Shown here one piece after another: positions 30,700 through 43,328 of a stretch of 64,000 nucleotides of DNA. Source of the DNA: the human T2T-CHM13v2.0 reference genome, Homo sapiens. Numbering within the stretch: position 1 is the stretch's first letter; every line of letters begins with the position of its first letter. The position numbers and the translations under genes are program-made. The stretch lies in assembly GCF_009914755.1 (NCBI RefSeq), contig NC_060941.1; one strand, written 5' to 3'. The notes under the pieces were generated by a model. That model saw only the letters and a program-made list of their open reading frames with translations, ran no database searches and was not told the DNA's origin.

Positions 30700-32440
30700 C
30701 TAGGTCAGTGGGGACGGGGAGATGAAATGGCACCTGGCGCTGCTGCGCACCCCCCATCTTTTCTCTGGCAGGGGAGAGGAGGGGGGGACAGACACACTGG
30801 TCTGCCCAGGCGGCTGCAGCTCTGGGACACCAGCCACAGGGCACTGGGAGCCCGGAGTGCTGTCGGAGGCTTTTGTTCCCTGTTGCCGGGATATCTGCCT
30901 GCTCAGTCATCCGAGCTCTGAGCCGCAGGGTGGCTCTCGGTGCCACCCCCGTCGCCTGCCCTCCCTCCCTCACCCTGCCGCTGACAGCCTCTGGCCAAAG
31001 CCCTCGGCTCCCCCAGGGCCTGGACCACCGTCTCCCTTTGCCTGGGCCTGGCTGGCCCTCTCTGTGAGTGAGTGGGTCCAGGGAGGGGGCTGGGCAGCCG
31101 AGAGTGGAGAGGAAGGGGGAGAGAGAGAGAGAGCGCGCAGGGATGAGAGGTGGGGGATCTGATGACTTTCCTTGTTTGTTGAGCCGGCTGCTGGCCTGGG
31201 CCTTCACCCCCCACGGCCCCCTCCCCCCACTCCAGGCTCAGTTGATTATTACCCAGCCAAGAGCTAAGAGCATAGCACTCATTCCTGGGGCCCGTTTCTC
31301 GAAGCGCAGCTGCACAGGCTTAGGGTAGGGTGGGGCTGAGGGTCTCTGCTTTTTCGGTGCAGCTGCAAATGACCCTGCTCTAGGGTCAGGGGCATTGGAA
31401 ATGGCTTGGGACTGCGGTCCTGTGGCCTGCCCGCTTTGGGTGCTTCAGGGAAGAGTCTGGGCGTCCTTGGGGGGCCCCTGACTCCAACTAGCCCTTGATG
31501 GTGATGGCTGAAGACTCTTAGGGCACTGCCTACCCAGCCTCAAATCCACCATCCTCCTGCCTTGTCCATTCTTAGGTGCTTAATCTTGTCCAAAGCCTGC
31601 TGGGGGACAGGGGTCCTGGGCTGGGACGGCAGGGCAGGTGGGTGGATAATGCCCGGCAGCAAGGCTGGGATGTTTACATGGTGGCCTGGGCCCCTTGGCT
31701 GCTCAGTGCCTGGTTCCAGAGACGTGGAACACGAAGTGAGTGTGGTAGGCAGAGCCCCAGTGGAAGGCACCTGGCTCAGGTAATTGTCCCCCCAGGGAGG
31801 TTGGCTGACAGCGGGGGTTGGAGGCAGGAAACTGAGCAGAGGTTGAGGTGGGGGGCTGGGACAGCAGCTTTAGGAAGGCCCCTTACCCCCTCCACCCTCC
31901 ATTGGGACACACCTGGCCCTCACATGCTAAGGCACCCCTTCCATTCCACCCTCCCCAAGCCAACTGCAAAAGGGCAGGACGTAGAGCCTGGCAGGGAGGC
32001 CACGTTCCAGTTTCCGTTTCTGACTCCCGGCCCCGACAAACCATCCCGGGGCAGGGCAGTGTCTAGGAATTCTAGGACTTGGGACAAGAATGCGCCTTCA
32101 GTTCATCGCTCTCCCCAAGGAGATTCTGTCCACGCAGAGTCTAGCCCTGGTCTTTGGCCTGGGCCTGCTGGATGAATGGCAGGTTATTTCCCCTTGAATC
32201 TCAGCCTCTGCACCCCTAAAGCCCTCCACCTCTGGACATTCTCCCTTCTCTCTCTCTCTCTCTCTGGAAGTCAAAGGAGGGGCAGTTGCAAGAACTGGGC
32301 TCCTTTGCAGGGCTCCCTTCTGGGGCGCTGGCCGCACCGCAGAGCCTACTTGGCCTGCAGATTTGGGATATGAATCCAGTGCAGCGTGGGGAGCGAGGAG
32401 GGAATGGGGAGGGAGCGGCCGCCGCCCGTGCCTCCTCTAC

Positions 32441-32938
32441 CTGCCAGGTGGGATCTGCGTGGCGGAAGTAGCAGAAGTTGTCCGTGATCCACTTGTAGAT
32501 GGCCGACAGGGTGATCTTGGTGGCCTTGCTGGCCTGCATGGCCATGCAGATGAGCGTGGCATACGAGTAGGGAGGCTTCACGTGCGGATTGGTGGCGTAG
32601 TCCACGTCGTCGGGGGGTGGGGCCTGCAGCCCCGGGGGCGCGCTCCGCGACGTGCACGACGACGTGGGCTTGCCCGGCGTGTGTGGCTGCCCCAGGCAGG
32701 CGGGGTCGGCCGCCAGGGGGGACCCGGGCGCCGCTGAACCTGGCACCTGGTGGTAGCCGTGGGGGTCGGTGCCCCCCGGGGGCAGGGCGGGGGCCTTGGC
32801 GTTGAGAATGGAGAATTCCTGCAGCCACTGCAGGCTGGTCAGGCTGTCATCCAGGGCGTCGGGCTCCTCCAGGCCGCCCTCCGGCCCGGCCTCCTCCGCC
32901 GGCCCGGCTCCCGAGAGGCGCAGCCAGCTCTCCGCCAT
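32441..32938 (-). CDS. FOXJ1: Forkhead box protein J1, first coding exon (aa 1-166, N-terminal half of the forkhead domain)
   Basis: ORF MAESWLRLSG...KPPYSYATLICMAMQASKATKITLSAIYKWITDNFCYFRHADPTWQ; ATG in GACATGG context; donor CAG|GTAGAG at 32441/32440; 498 nt, phase 0. Confidence 0.98.
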
Positions 32939-33107
32939 GTCTGCGGGGACTCTCCGAGGGGGCGGTCAGCATCCACGGGCTGAGCCGGGGGTGGCCCGCC
33001 GCGCTCTCTGGCCCGCTGAGTCCCGCAGCTCCCGTTACACGGCCTCCCGGACGCGCGCTTCCATCTCGCGACCCCGGGGGCGCCTCCTCCGAATAAGTAT
33101 GTGGTGC
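32939..33107 (-). other. FOXJ1: FOXJ1 exon 2, 5' UTR portion (169 nt)
   Basis: Acceptor GTCCTCGCAG|GCACC at 33108/33107 upstream of the start codon. Confidence 0.75.
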
Positions 33108-33656
33108 CTGCGAGGACCACGGTGGGAGCTGAGCACTACCCCACCCCCGAGGGGACAGTGTGTGTACGGGGACGCCCTCTCTAACATCATCCCCGCAGCT
33201 GGGGAGGATCTTTTAGTGCCGAGGTATGGGAAACAGAAGCAAGGCCCTGGGGTCCCACCCCCATCAGATCTGCCTCCCTCTTCCTTTCCTCTTCGAGGTT
33301 TTATTAGCCAAATGAAGAGGGTAGGGGCATCCGAGGCTATCCTTTTCTCCCGAAGAGCAGGAAATCAGGACCCCCTTCCTCCTCGCAACAAATGGAAGTG
33401 GGGCGAGAAGTTTGGGAGGGCGGTACGACGGGGCGGGGGCGGTGGAGGTCCTCTGATCCTTGAAAAGGAATATTATGATAGGGGATCATTGGGAAGGAAG
33501 GGGACGGAACAGTAACGGGGGGCAGGAGGCGAGTTTCCCCCAGACTTCTCCGATGTCAGTCCCTGGGCCCACCACTTCCGTTAAGGACGAATGAGAGAGC
33601 GGGTTGGTACCGTTGCCCACCCTTCCCCCTGGCCTGCAGCCCTCCCCATCCCTTAC

Positions 33657-33790
33657 CTGGCTCAGAGCGCAGCCCGGGCCAGAGGAAGGTTCTGGAAGAA
33701 GTTGCTCCCACCCCCTGCGGCTCTCTGCCCCCAGCTCGGGGGCCCTGCCAGCGCCTCTTGCCGCCCCCCCGCCCGACGGCGCTTCTCTGA
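33657..33790 (-). other. FOXJ1: FOXJ1 non-coding exon 1 (TSS approximate)
   Basis: Consensus donor CAG|GTAAGG at 33657/33656 inside the CpG island, just downstream of X-box motifs. Confidence 0.75.
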
Positions 33791-33842
33791 GCTACCGCGG
33801 CCCCGGGACCGGCATTAAGTAGCCGCTCCAAAGGCTTCTCCT

Positions 33843-33947
33843 GCTGCCATGGCGACGCTCCGCCCCCATAAACAGCTTCCGCCTCTGCCATTGGCCAGCA
33901 CGTCTCCAAGGAGACCGCGGGCACTTGCCACTCTCCCTGGCGGCAAC
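33843..33947. promoter_or_regulatory. Cluster of RFX X-box-like motifs in the FOXJ1 proximal promoter
   Basis: GCTGCCATGGCGAC (33843-33856), GTCTCCAAGGAGAC (33902-33915) and a GGCAAC half-site (33942-33947), against the X-box GTTGCCATGGCAAC. Confidence 0.7.
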
Positions 33948-35032
33948 TCTCTTCGAACTCCCTCCTTCTGCCGCCCTCTCCCGCGCCACCCAACCCCCTA
34001 CCCGCCGCTAAGTCCCGGCTCGGCTCATTCCCGCCCGAGGGCCCCGCGCTGGGGTCGGAGAAGCGCGCGGCCTGCGGCACCGGGAACCGCTATGGATCCG
34101 TTCGTTCTGGGGAACCAAGACTCTCGCCCCCACCCCCTTCCTGTCCCGTACGCTTTGAGGCGTCGACTGCTCCTGGGACGGAGCCTGGGGTTGGGGGGCT
34201 AAGGCTGGGAGCGGGCTCAGGCTCGGGAACCGTATCCTTGAGGTTTTCTTTCCTCTCCGCTACGAGTGGCACTTTCTCATGTTTCTGCAGCCTTTCCCTC
34301 TCCCCCGACTCTTAGGGTCTTTCTCTGGTGTCCCAGGCAGGTCTGACTTTCCGATGCCACCTGCCGCTTACATCCACAGAGGCGGCAGACACACCAAGGG
34401 GGTAGGGTAATCCAGTGTGTCCCAGTAAGCAGCTCCTTCCCCACCCGTATCCTCGAGGTTCCAGGAAGCTGACATTCCAGAGGCTTCTGCAGAAGCGCAC
34501 TCACTCCTCTGGAGACAGCTGATGAAGCAGAGCCCGTGGGTAAAACTCTGAAGTCATGGACTTGTCAAATTCTCCTAGCGGGGTCATTTGCCCAATTAAT
34601 TTCACCAACCTTTAAGTCACAGGGATTAAGAGTAGAGGGACTCTGGGGACTGTGTCCCTTCCTCCTCCCTTCCCCTGGCCTCCCTCCTGTCACCAGCTTT
34701 CCTGCTCTTTAATTATTGAGGAGCTGCAGGGTTGGACGTTCTCCGGTTTAAGGCGGCTGCAGAGGCAGTGGTGGGGGCTGGGTTGATTACCCCACCTCTG
34801 CCCAGGAGCTGGAGAGCCGGGGTCGGGGAGGCTGGTGCCCAGACCATGAAGAAGGCCCGGCTATGGCGCATCACTCCCCCGCCAACATGCCTTTCCCTAG
34901 CCCTTGCCTCTCCCACTCCTCCAACTCCAGATCCTCTTGAGTAAAAGTATTAAAGAGTGCTGGCGAAAGTCAGACAGAAACTTTCACAGATAAGCTCACT
35001 TTGCAGTTAGCTCTCCTTCCCTTGTAAACAGT

Positions 35033-35038
35033 TTTATT
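35033..35038 (-). terminator. RNF157: RNF157 polyadenylation signal AATAAA
   Basis: TTTATT on + strand, the canonical hexamer I found between the stop codon and the FOXJ1 promoter. Confidence 0.8.
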
Positions 35039-36280
35039 CATTTTTAAGAATCATGCAGCAATCCATAAATATTGCATTCTTGATGTCCCCACTGTAGTGT
35101 GACCACAAGTGTACTCCAGGGAGAGGGGTACACAGATGGCACAAGCAGTATACACATGCACACACCAGGTGTGCAGACCAAAGCAAAGTGAGCGACCAGC
35201 GTGCTAAACTCCAGGTGGGCAGGACCCCAACTCCCAGGTGAGGTGGGCAGGACCCTAACTCCCAGGCCAGCCGGCTTAGAGTGTGGTGGTCTGTGCCCAG
35301 GAGATGCCTCAGCGGGGGTAGAAACTCTGGTGGGATGGAGCTGGGCAGAAGGAAAAAAGGGCTCTGTGAGGAAGCCGGGATCACACCACCTGAAGGCAAT
35401 AGGGAGAGCACAGGCCTAGTGCAGCAGGAAGGAGCCCTGGGTCTCCATAGTTAGGCTGTGCCCTGTGGGAGAAGCCAGGCCCCACCTCTTCTCTTTGGGT
35501 GAACTGTTGACGTGACTATGTGACTGTCTCCAGATGAAGGACTGGGGCAAAAGGGTTGGCCACTGACCTGTCCTCATCAGGCTGACTGAGGACCAGCTCC
35601 TTGGATGGAGTATTTCTGTGGGCCAGAGAGCTAAATGACAGCCAAGAGAAGGCAGGGGGAGGGAGGAAGAGGAGAAATAGTAACTGAGAAACAAGTAAAG
35701 GACATTTCTAACCTAGGTATGCCTTGGACATGGGACTGAGGCCTTGAGGAATCTTTCCGTGCTTCTCCCTAGGAGAGGACTAAGCACCTGCTGCGAGGAA
35801 GGACAGGGATCCTCAGGAAGGGGGTCCTGGCCACTGTGGCTACTGTTTACCTGAATCTCCTTCATCTCAGCTCCTTCCTCCCTCCTCCCAGGTAACACCA
35901 CACTGTGAATACTACCTGCAGGGGACAGGACAGGAGGTGGTCTGTGTGCCACCACCCCAGGGTAAGGGAAGCTCCCTGTCACCTGCTGCTTCTGGGCTCA
36001 TATTTCAGGGAAATCAGGAAGTGGGGTTATTGCTCAGCTTATGCATCTTAACTATGAAAGGGGCGGGAAGAATGTAGGGGGAAGGAAGGAAAGAACATTA
36101 GGTGGGGCCTGAAATGGTAAAGTCTACTGCAGTTTTTCAGAGAGGGTTGGACGACAGGCCCCCCTCTCCATCAGGGCAGGATGTGAGCCACAACCACTAG
36201 GCAGTGAGACAGTCACTGCACTCCTGGCCTCTGCAGCCACACAGAAACGAAGGACCCCCTGGGCACCAGGCTCTTTTTGA

Positions 36281-37149
<869 letters not shown>

Positions 37150-37777
37150 AAGAGCTCCTTCTTAACCGCACAGGCATGTGAGGCCCAGAAGACTGGCTCT
37201 GCCACCAGAAGGAAGGATTGTTTCCTTCAACCAACCTTTTGGTTGCTACCATTTCTTGTCCTTGAGAAAGGTGCTCCTAGTGCTTGTAGAGGGAAACGCT
37301 ACGTCCGTGCAGTATGGCTCTCCCTTTCCACAGGAGCGATCCTCCAGCCCTACCCCAAACTGCAGGTTTCCAATTGGTTATGATGTGCCAGAGACCAGGA
37401 AATGCCAGAGGGATGTTTGTAACAAAGCTGCCAAACTCTAAGCCTTCTTGTTCTACCCCCTAAGGAGAAAAAAGATGTGTAAGAAATTAGCCCATGGACC
37501 CCAGCTCCACCTGAACATCAATATACCGTGAGGACATTCCAGAGTCCCTGCAAAAGGTCTCGTGAGCTGCAGTTCATTGAGTGGCTTTAGGTCACACGGA
37601 GAAAGGAGGGTTCCAGTTCCCTCTGAGAGGTGAGGGATTGTGGTTACAGGTTGTAACAGCTGTCACAGGAGGGTAAAAAGTCTCCAGCATCTTGCTGAGG
37701 ATGCCCAGTAGGCAGCAGCTGAGTGAGGATGGATGGAATGCAGGGCAGGAGGGGAGCCCAAGTGCAGAGGCTGGGGC

Positions 37778-37896
37778 TCAGACAGCCAAAGGGCCCCACA
37801 CACAGGGCCTCGTCTCAGAGTCCTCCAGGCTGCTGGATGACAAGCGCCGGCGCTGGGCATTCCGACTGACGGCATTGTCATCAGCCTGCCAGGCAC
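37778..37896 (-). CDS. RNF157: RNF157 terminal coding exon (19): AWQADDNAVSRNAQRRRLSSSSLEDSETRPCVWGPLAV*
   Basis: TTTTCTCTTCCCCAG|GT acceptor; TGA at 37780-37778; 119 nt. Confidence 0.92.
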
Positions 37897-39923
37897 CTGG
37901 GGAAGAGAAAATGAACATTACAGGAGCCAGACCTTTGGCCAAATCCAGATGGTGTCTCCAGCAGGGCAGCCCAGGAGCCGGCACGGAAGGAGCAGGATGC
38001 GTGTCACCTGAGACTCCGATGACGGTGCGAGCCACAGCACTCGTGTGTGAGAACGGAGAGAAGCAGGTGCTGACAGGTGCAGAGCCTGCTCCTGCCCCCT
38101 GGGCTAGGTACAGTCACTGCCACTGTGGCTCCCGGACAGGGAGGGACATGAAAGATGTTCCTTGTTTTGCGAACTTACCCTGGGATCCACTTTTGTATTT
38201 TAATTACTTGGTTTTAAAGTTTGCCTATATGTTACAATAGACAGGAAAAGGAAATTGGGCCTTGCTGAGCTATTTTCATTGGGGCAGGAAGAGGTGGGGG
38301 GAAGTGAGAAGACTGTTCGTTCTGGCCGAGTGTTAATGTTTTCTGTGGGGGCCCAGGCGGGGCAGGAAAGGACTGGCCACCCAGCAGGGTTCCTGGGATG
38401 GAAGGCTGCCTGGAGGGAGGACAGTGTGAGGCTCCAGTCCCCGTCACCTGCCGTTTTCCTCTCCTCCTGCACCTACGCAGCTGTTGAGGTTTGCTACTAG
38501 CTGGTGCCATCAGCCCAGCAGACACCAGCCCAAGAGCCTCGGGGTCCCACAGATACCATCACTAAACGCATCCGCTCCCCAAATCTGCTGCTGCCCCCAC
38601 ATGAGGAGTGCCAGCGCCTGTCTGGAAACCCATTCTTGGTGCTTCTCTTTCCCTTGTGCTGTGGATCCAATCCTCCACAGCCTCCTGTGGGCTCACTTCC
38701 TGGCCGTGTTGTGACTCCATCTGTAGTCACGCTAACCTGGGCTCCACTCCCAGTTTACAGCAGTGTGACCTTGGGCACATCAGTTTACTGTGGGCCTTGG
38801 TTTTCTCACCCATCAGATGGGACATGCGTACTGACCTCACGGGCTTGCTGTGAGGACTAGATGAGAGAATGCGAGCGTTGGTGAGTATCTGACTCCTAGA
38901 ATAGCCTGTGCTCAGGCTCCTCCAGGCCATCTCGCCTCTCCCCTGGGAGTCCTCTTCATCTCCTGCCCACAGATGAGCTCCTCCCTCCAGTGCCCTCCCT
39001 CCAGTGAGGCTAGGGCGCTCCTGCCTTGGGCCTCGGCTGCCTCCACTCTCAGGGTCCCCTGGCTCCCTGGGGTAGGGAAGGCATGTCGTCCTCCGGACCC
39101 TGTGGGCCTCCCCAGCCGTGTCTCCCAGTGGCCTCCCCTCACGAGGCATCTCTGGCCGGGGGAGGCCCAGTGTGCTCCTAAGTGCTCCCTGCAGCCTGAA
39201 CTACTGCTCCACGCACACGTCACATGGCAGAAACCGCTAGGTCCTGGAGCTCCTCCATGGGACAAAGCTCCTCCTGGGCAGGGGCCGTGACTTCTTCACT
39301 GTTGCAGTCCAGAGCCCAGCACAACACCTGACCCATAGGAGGACCTGTTCAGCGGACAAGGCCGACCAACTGTAGAGTGTGGCCGTGAGGTTGAGAGAGG
39401 CCACTCACAAGTGTCCAGGGTCAGCCTCAGGCCAGCCCAGGACATGAAACCCTTTAATGGCATGTAGAGTCAACAGGTATAAATGGCTTATTTCCATCAA
39501 TGCCTTGGTGTGCTAATCCACCTCAGGCTCTAGTAACAGTCTCTGGTGCTTGACCCCAGGGGAACAGTGAGAACAGGAGAGTCTTGGATCTCTCTCTCAT
39601 ATCCAAACTGAATTTGGGATCTTTACTCCCTGGGGGTGGGTACTGGAGCCTGGGACATGAGTCAAGGTGTTTTTTTTCACCTCTAATGGTGGCACTATGT
39701 GTCTAAGTGTGGCAGGATAAATATAAGGCAATATTAATATTGCCTTTAAAGTGAAGAACCCAAAATAAAATGAGCTGTTTGTTCATTTATATAATTTGGT
39801 AGATCTCATACCTATTCCTCAATGTTTATGGGGCAGGACTCCGGAGCTGCGGCTGTTCAGTAGGAAAGACCAAAAGCAAATGGTAAACAAGAGAGAAGAC
39901 ACACATGCATGCACAAATAAAAA

Positions 39924-39963
39924 CAGCAGCACCACCACCACCACCGCCGCCGCCACCACCAGC
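39924..39963. repeat. Compound CAG/CAC/CGC trinucleotide repeat
   Basis: CAGCAGCACCACCACCACCACCGCCGCCGCCACCACCAGC. Confidence 0.85.
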
Positions 39964-40804
39964 AAGCCATGGAATGCTGGGCCGGAGAGGCTGCCCAGAG
40001 AGCTGTCCTGACTCTGAATTCACAGAAGTCCTTGCTACAAACTCCAACCTTCTATTCTATAGAAGCCTTAGCCAGGGCAGAACATCGGTTACTTGTGGAA
40101 GACTCAAGAATCAGATCTGAAGTCTGCTCTCCTGGCCTCTTGGTATGCTCTGTGGTGAGGGAGATCCGGCAGCAAGCGGGGGGCACCTTCCCCTGGCAAG
40201 GACCCTGAGGGGCCCACGGCAAAGCCCTGCTGCTGCTCCCTCCTCAGCCTCATTCTCACAGTAAGCCTGTCTGCGGAAAGTCAGTGTGGGTGCTGAGGGG
40301 CCTTCCAGAGCAGGTGCCGCCATTTTGTCTGGCTGAATCCAGGCCCCTCCAGCCAAAAAATGGAGCACAGAGATTCAAAATCCTTAGAGGGAAATGGATA
40401 AAGGTGCTTTCCGTTCATGTCTCAGTTTTTGGGATATCAAAAATGGGAGTATGAAGAGACCTCTAGAGGTAGATTTTGGGAGTACATTCAGGAAAATTTC
40501 ACAAGCCCCTTTCCTGCCTCTACAAAGCCACTTATTAAATATAAGGACTGTAATAGTTCAACTGTCTTTGTAGAGTTGCTCTCCAGGGGAAGGAGAAACT
40601 TAGTTTGAAATTTTCCTTAGTGCCCACAAAGTGCAAGTAGCATCTTAGTCTTGAGTTTTGAGGCCTCTCAAAAAGAGGAGAGAATTCAATTTCAGGTCTC
40701 CACAAACCTTTTTAGATTTCACTGGATATGCTCATTCCAGTGGAATGCAGTCATTTAAAAATTGTATTGGTATTTCCACTAAAAAGATCCAAATTATCTT
40801 TGCC

Positions 40805-41412
40805 TTTTTTTTTTTTTTTTTTTTTGAGACAGGGTCTCTTGCTCTGTCGCCCAGGCTGGAGTGCAGTGGCGTGACCTCGGCTCACTGCAAGCTCCGCCTC
40901 CCGGGTTCACGCCATTCTACTGTCGCAGCCTCCTGAGTAGCTGGGACTACAGGCACTCGCCACCACGCCTGGCTAATTTTTTTGTATTTTTGGTAGAGAT
41001 GAGGTTTCACCGTGTTAGCCAGGATGGTCTCGATCTCCTGATCTTGTGATCCGCCCATCTCGGCCTCCCAAAGTGCTGGGATTACAGGCGGGAGCCACCG
41101 TGCCCCGCCTTTTTTTTTTTTTTTTAAGATGGAGTCTCACTCCATCTCAGCCTCCCAGGCTGGAGTGCAGTGGTGTGATCTTGACTCCCTGCAACCTCCG
41201 GTTCCCAGGCTCAATTGATCCTCCTGCCTCAGCCTCTCGAGTATCTGGGACCACAGGCGTACGCCACCAAGCCTGGCTAATTTTTGTATTTTCTGTAGAG
41301 ATGGGGTTTCACTGCATTGCCCAGGCTGGTCTCCAGCTCCTGGGCTCAAGTGATCACTTGCCTCAGCCTCTCAAAATGCTGGGATTACAGGCGTGAGCCA
41401 CTGTGCCCGGCC
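40805..41412 (-). mobile_element. Two tandem Alus in RNF157 intron 18
   Basis: 40805-41108 and 41109-41412; flanked by TATCTTTGCCTTTTT repeats. Confidence 0.92.
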
Positions 41413-42239
41413 TATCTTTGCCTTTTTCCATCACTGACTACCCCAGGGCCTTCATAGAACTATCACTTGCCACGATGACTTTCCTGCCACCTATGTAACA
41501 GTCTGCCAAACTCCTCAGAGCCACATCTGCTTAGCGTGGTCTCGCAATTCTAGTCTTACTACAACCTGTCACACCCATCAACTGAGATCTCCTTCCTTTA
41601 TTCCTTTCAGAAGGAATCTCAGAACACACTACTCCCCAGTGAAAAACCAAAAATCCACCCTTGGTCTTGGGGCCCTGGAAGACCCAGAAGCTTCTTAGGG
41701 GGAGAGGGCTAGAATGACAAAAGTGCCTCTAAGCCCCTCACCAGTGTTATCAGAGTGGTGAGGACGGGAACCAACAAGGTTCGCAGTCCTTGCCACCAGC
41801 CAGGTCTCCTGGCAGAGCCCGTGAGCAAGGTGCAGGGCACAGGGACAACATGGGATGCAGCCCGGGCTCCATTTCCCACTGGCCCTCCATGAAGGGAGTG
41901 GCACCCACTTGAAGAGGGAAATAGACTCAAGCAGAGACCAGGCGCATGTGCAGCTGTTCTGACGGGAGAGAGCTGGCCACAGGAGCAATGAGGCGCCAAG
42001 ACGGCCAGTGGTATCTCAGCCCCAGGATAGAAAGCTGAACTTACAGCTGAGTGTGAAGACGCCTATTTATTCCACGGGACCTACCAAAGTGGATATTCCT
42101 GTCTGTAACCTAGCAGACACTTCCAGAGAGTTCTCCAGCAAATTTTCTGCCAGTGTGATGCTAACAGTGGAAGCAGAGACACATTCTGCCTAGAGAGACG
42201 TGCTTTTCCCTCTCAAGTAAAAAGGCAACCAGAGGTTTT

Positions 42240-43328
42240 GAGACATCACTTTCACCCAACTACTGACCAAGGATGCCAATTAAAAACAAATCATGGCTGG
42301 GCGCAGTGGCTCACACCTGTAATCTCAGCACTTTGGGGGGCCGAGGTGGGCAGATCACCTGAGGTCAGGAGTTCAAGACCACCCTGACCAACATGGTAAA
42401 ACTCCGTCTCTGCTAAAAATACAAAAATTAGCCGGGCGTGGTGGCGGGCGCCTGTAATCCCAGCTACTCAGGAGGCTGAGGCAGAGAATCACTTGACCCC
42501 AGGAGGTGGAGGTTGCAGTGAGCCGAGATCGCGCCACTGCACTCCAGGCTGGGCGACAGAGCGAGACTCTGTCTCAAAAAAAACAAAAAACAAAAACAAA
42601 AAAACTCAAATCCTTTCCATTGTCCTTGCCACAGAAGCGTTCCCATTTTTACTGAACAGAAATCCATATAGTCTCACACATATTTTTTTTCTTGGAAAAT
42701 CTTAGTATATTGAATACAGCCCCTCATCTTGAGGCCTCTGGTGAGGATATAATGGGACACTTAACATGCCTATACCTGAGGCCCTCTCCCGAGAGCCAAC
42801 ACAGGCATTTGATTTCGTGTCTGGCACAAACTGTGAGCCCACCATAATCTCTAAATAGCTGGCTCCACAAGTCACCCTAGGGAACCCCAGGGCTTCTCTC
42901 TTCCTCCCAGTCCTCACTCTCCTCCCATGATTCCATGGAGTAACTATCAACAAGCAGGTTAGCTGGAGGGAGTCAGGAAGAGGAGGAATAAGCTGTTTCC
43001 ACTAGCACTGTTGGCTAAAACAACTCCCAGCAGCTCCCTCTGCCAAAAAAATAGGGGTGGGTAAGGGAGTCCCTTGAGGGAGGCAGGAACCTAAATTTCT
43101 CTCCTAAAGCCAAGTAAGGGGTTGACCAGGGTAGAGCTGCCTCAGACACAGGGCACAGCTAAGAAAGAGACATCATCTTCACCCAACTACTGACAGAGGA
43201 TGCCAGTTAAAACCAAATCCTTTCCATAGCCCTTGCCACAGAAGCATTCCCATTTTTGTAAAGCAGAAATTAATACAGTCTCACAAATATTTTTTCTCAT
43301 AAGCTCTTAGTACCCTGGATACAGGCCC
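42240..43328. repeat. Old direct duplication of about 165 bp (42240-42723, split by an Alu; 43167-43328)
   Basis: Shared GAGACATCA..TTCACCCAACTACTGAC..AGGATGCCA.TTAAAA.CAAATC|CTTTCCAT...CCTTGCCACAGAAGC.TTCCCATTTTT...AGTCTCACA. Confidence 0.85.
42295..42604 (+). mobile_element. Alu antisense to RNF157, inserted into one copy of an older duplication
   Basis: Full dimeric Alu; imperfect TSD AAAAACAAATC / AAACTCAAATC. Confidence 0.93.

Larger units (their letters stand above)
32330..34270. promoter_or_regulatory. CpG island covering the FOXJ1 promoter, exon 1 and exon 2
   Basis: Very high GC and CpG density; GC boxes such as GGGGCGGGGG at about 33430. Confidence 0.85.

Noticed and set aside
32216-32440. 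C-terminal extension (VEEARAAA...) of the 240-aa FOXJ1 ORF, and the MLSPCTQ leader of the 262-aa ORF
   Set aside because: Intron read-through in the ORF track; splicing 32441 to 30663 restores a continuous forkhead domain
43167-43328. Intronic snoRNA interpretation of the duplicated element
   Set aside because: No convincingly placed C/D or H/ACA boxes or hairpins seen by eye; needs an Rfam scan
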